Source: an uncultured bacterium (lineage in GTDB: Bacteria > Patescibacteriota > Doudnabacteria > UBA920). From it: a stretch of DNA of 64,000 bases. Below are positions 63,994 through 64,000 of this stretch, in pieces (the first letter of the stretch is position 1; every line of letters starts with the position of its first letter). The stretch spans positions 9,971 to 73,970 of the forward strand of contig CAVVMJ010000007.1 in NCBI GenBank assembly GCA_963749445.1. Reading direction: 5' to 3'. Under the pieces are notes generated by a model, which did not search any database, was not told the DNA's origin, and saw only the letters and a list, made by a program, of their open reading frames with translations. Both the position numbers and the translations under genes were made by a program.

Positions 63994-64000
63994 TTCTGTT

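Overview
A 64-kb chromosomal segment. By inference from gene content it comes from a small-genome Patescibacteria/CPR (Parcubacteria-like) bacterium; no similarity search was run.

Backbone genes:
- Housekeeping: recA, ftsK, infB-rbfA-nrnA-like, murA, murF-ddl, rnhB, thrC-aroK, galU, comM, lspA, rlmH.
- Also a P-type ATPase, a malic enzyme, Hsp20 and a bactofilin.
- Five tRNAs: Ser-CGA, Pro-CGG, Ala-GGC, Arg-CCU, Ala-CGC.

Accessory or unusual content:
1. A G+C-rich four-gene membrane operon of unknown function (1.07-4.77 kb). It has Shine-Dalgarno sites and translational coupling, in a genome whose native genes mostly lack SD sites.
2. Two further SD-bearing orphan genes, each divergent from a TrmB-like regulator (19.7 kb and 26.3 kb).
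3. Six tandem TrbC/VirB2-like pilin paralogues with diversified ectodomains (5.06-10.5 kb). They are interleaved with an Avd-like four-helix-bundle gene and a decayed second copy of it.
4. An AT-rich island (51.2-54.6 kb) with a GHKL/MORC-like ATPase and small partner genes.
5. One IS element with intact 8-bp target duplication (45435-46462).
6. Several families of palindromic repeats, including copies inserted in frame in rnhB, murA and the nrnA-like gene.
7. Two compact, strongly structured non-coding elements (4897-4998 and 15654-15822).

At least 13 single-nucleotide frameshifts interrupt 12 otherwise intact genes, including ddl and murF. This may be consensus indel error rather than biology and needs read-level checking.

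All calls come from hand translation and motif recognition.
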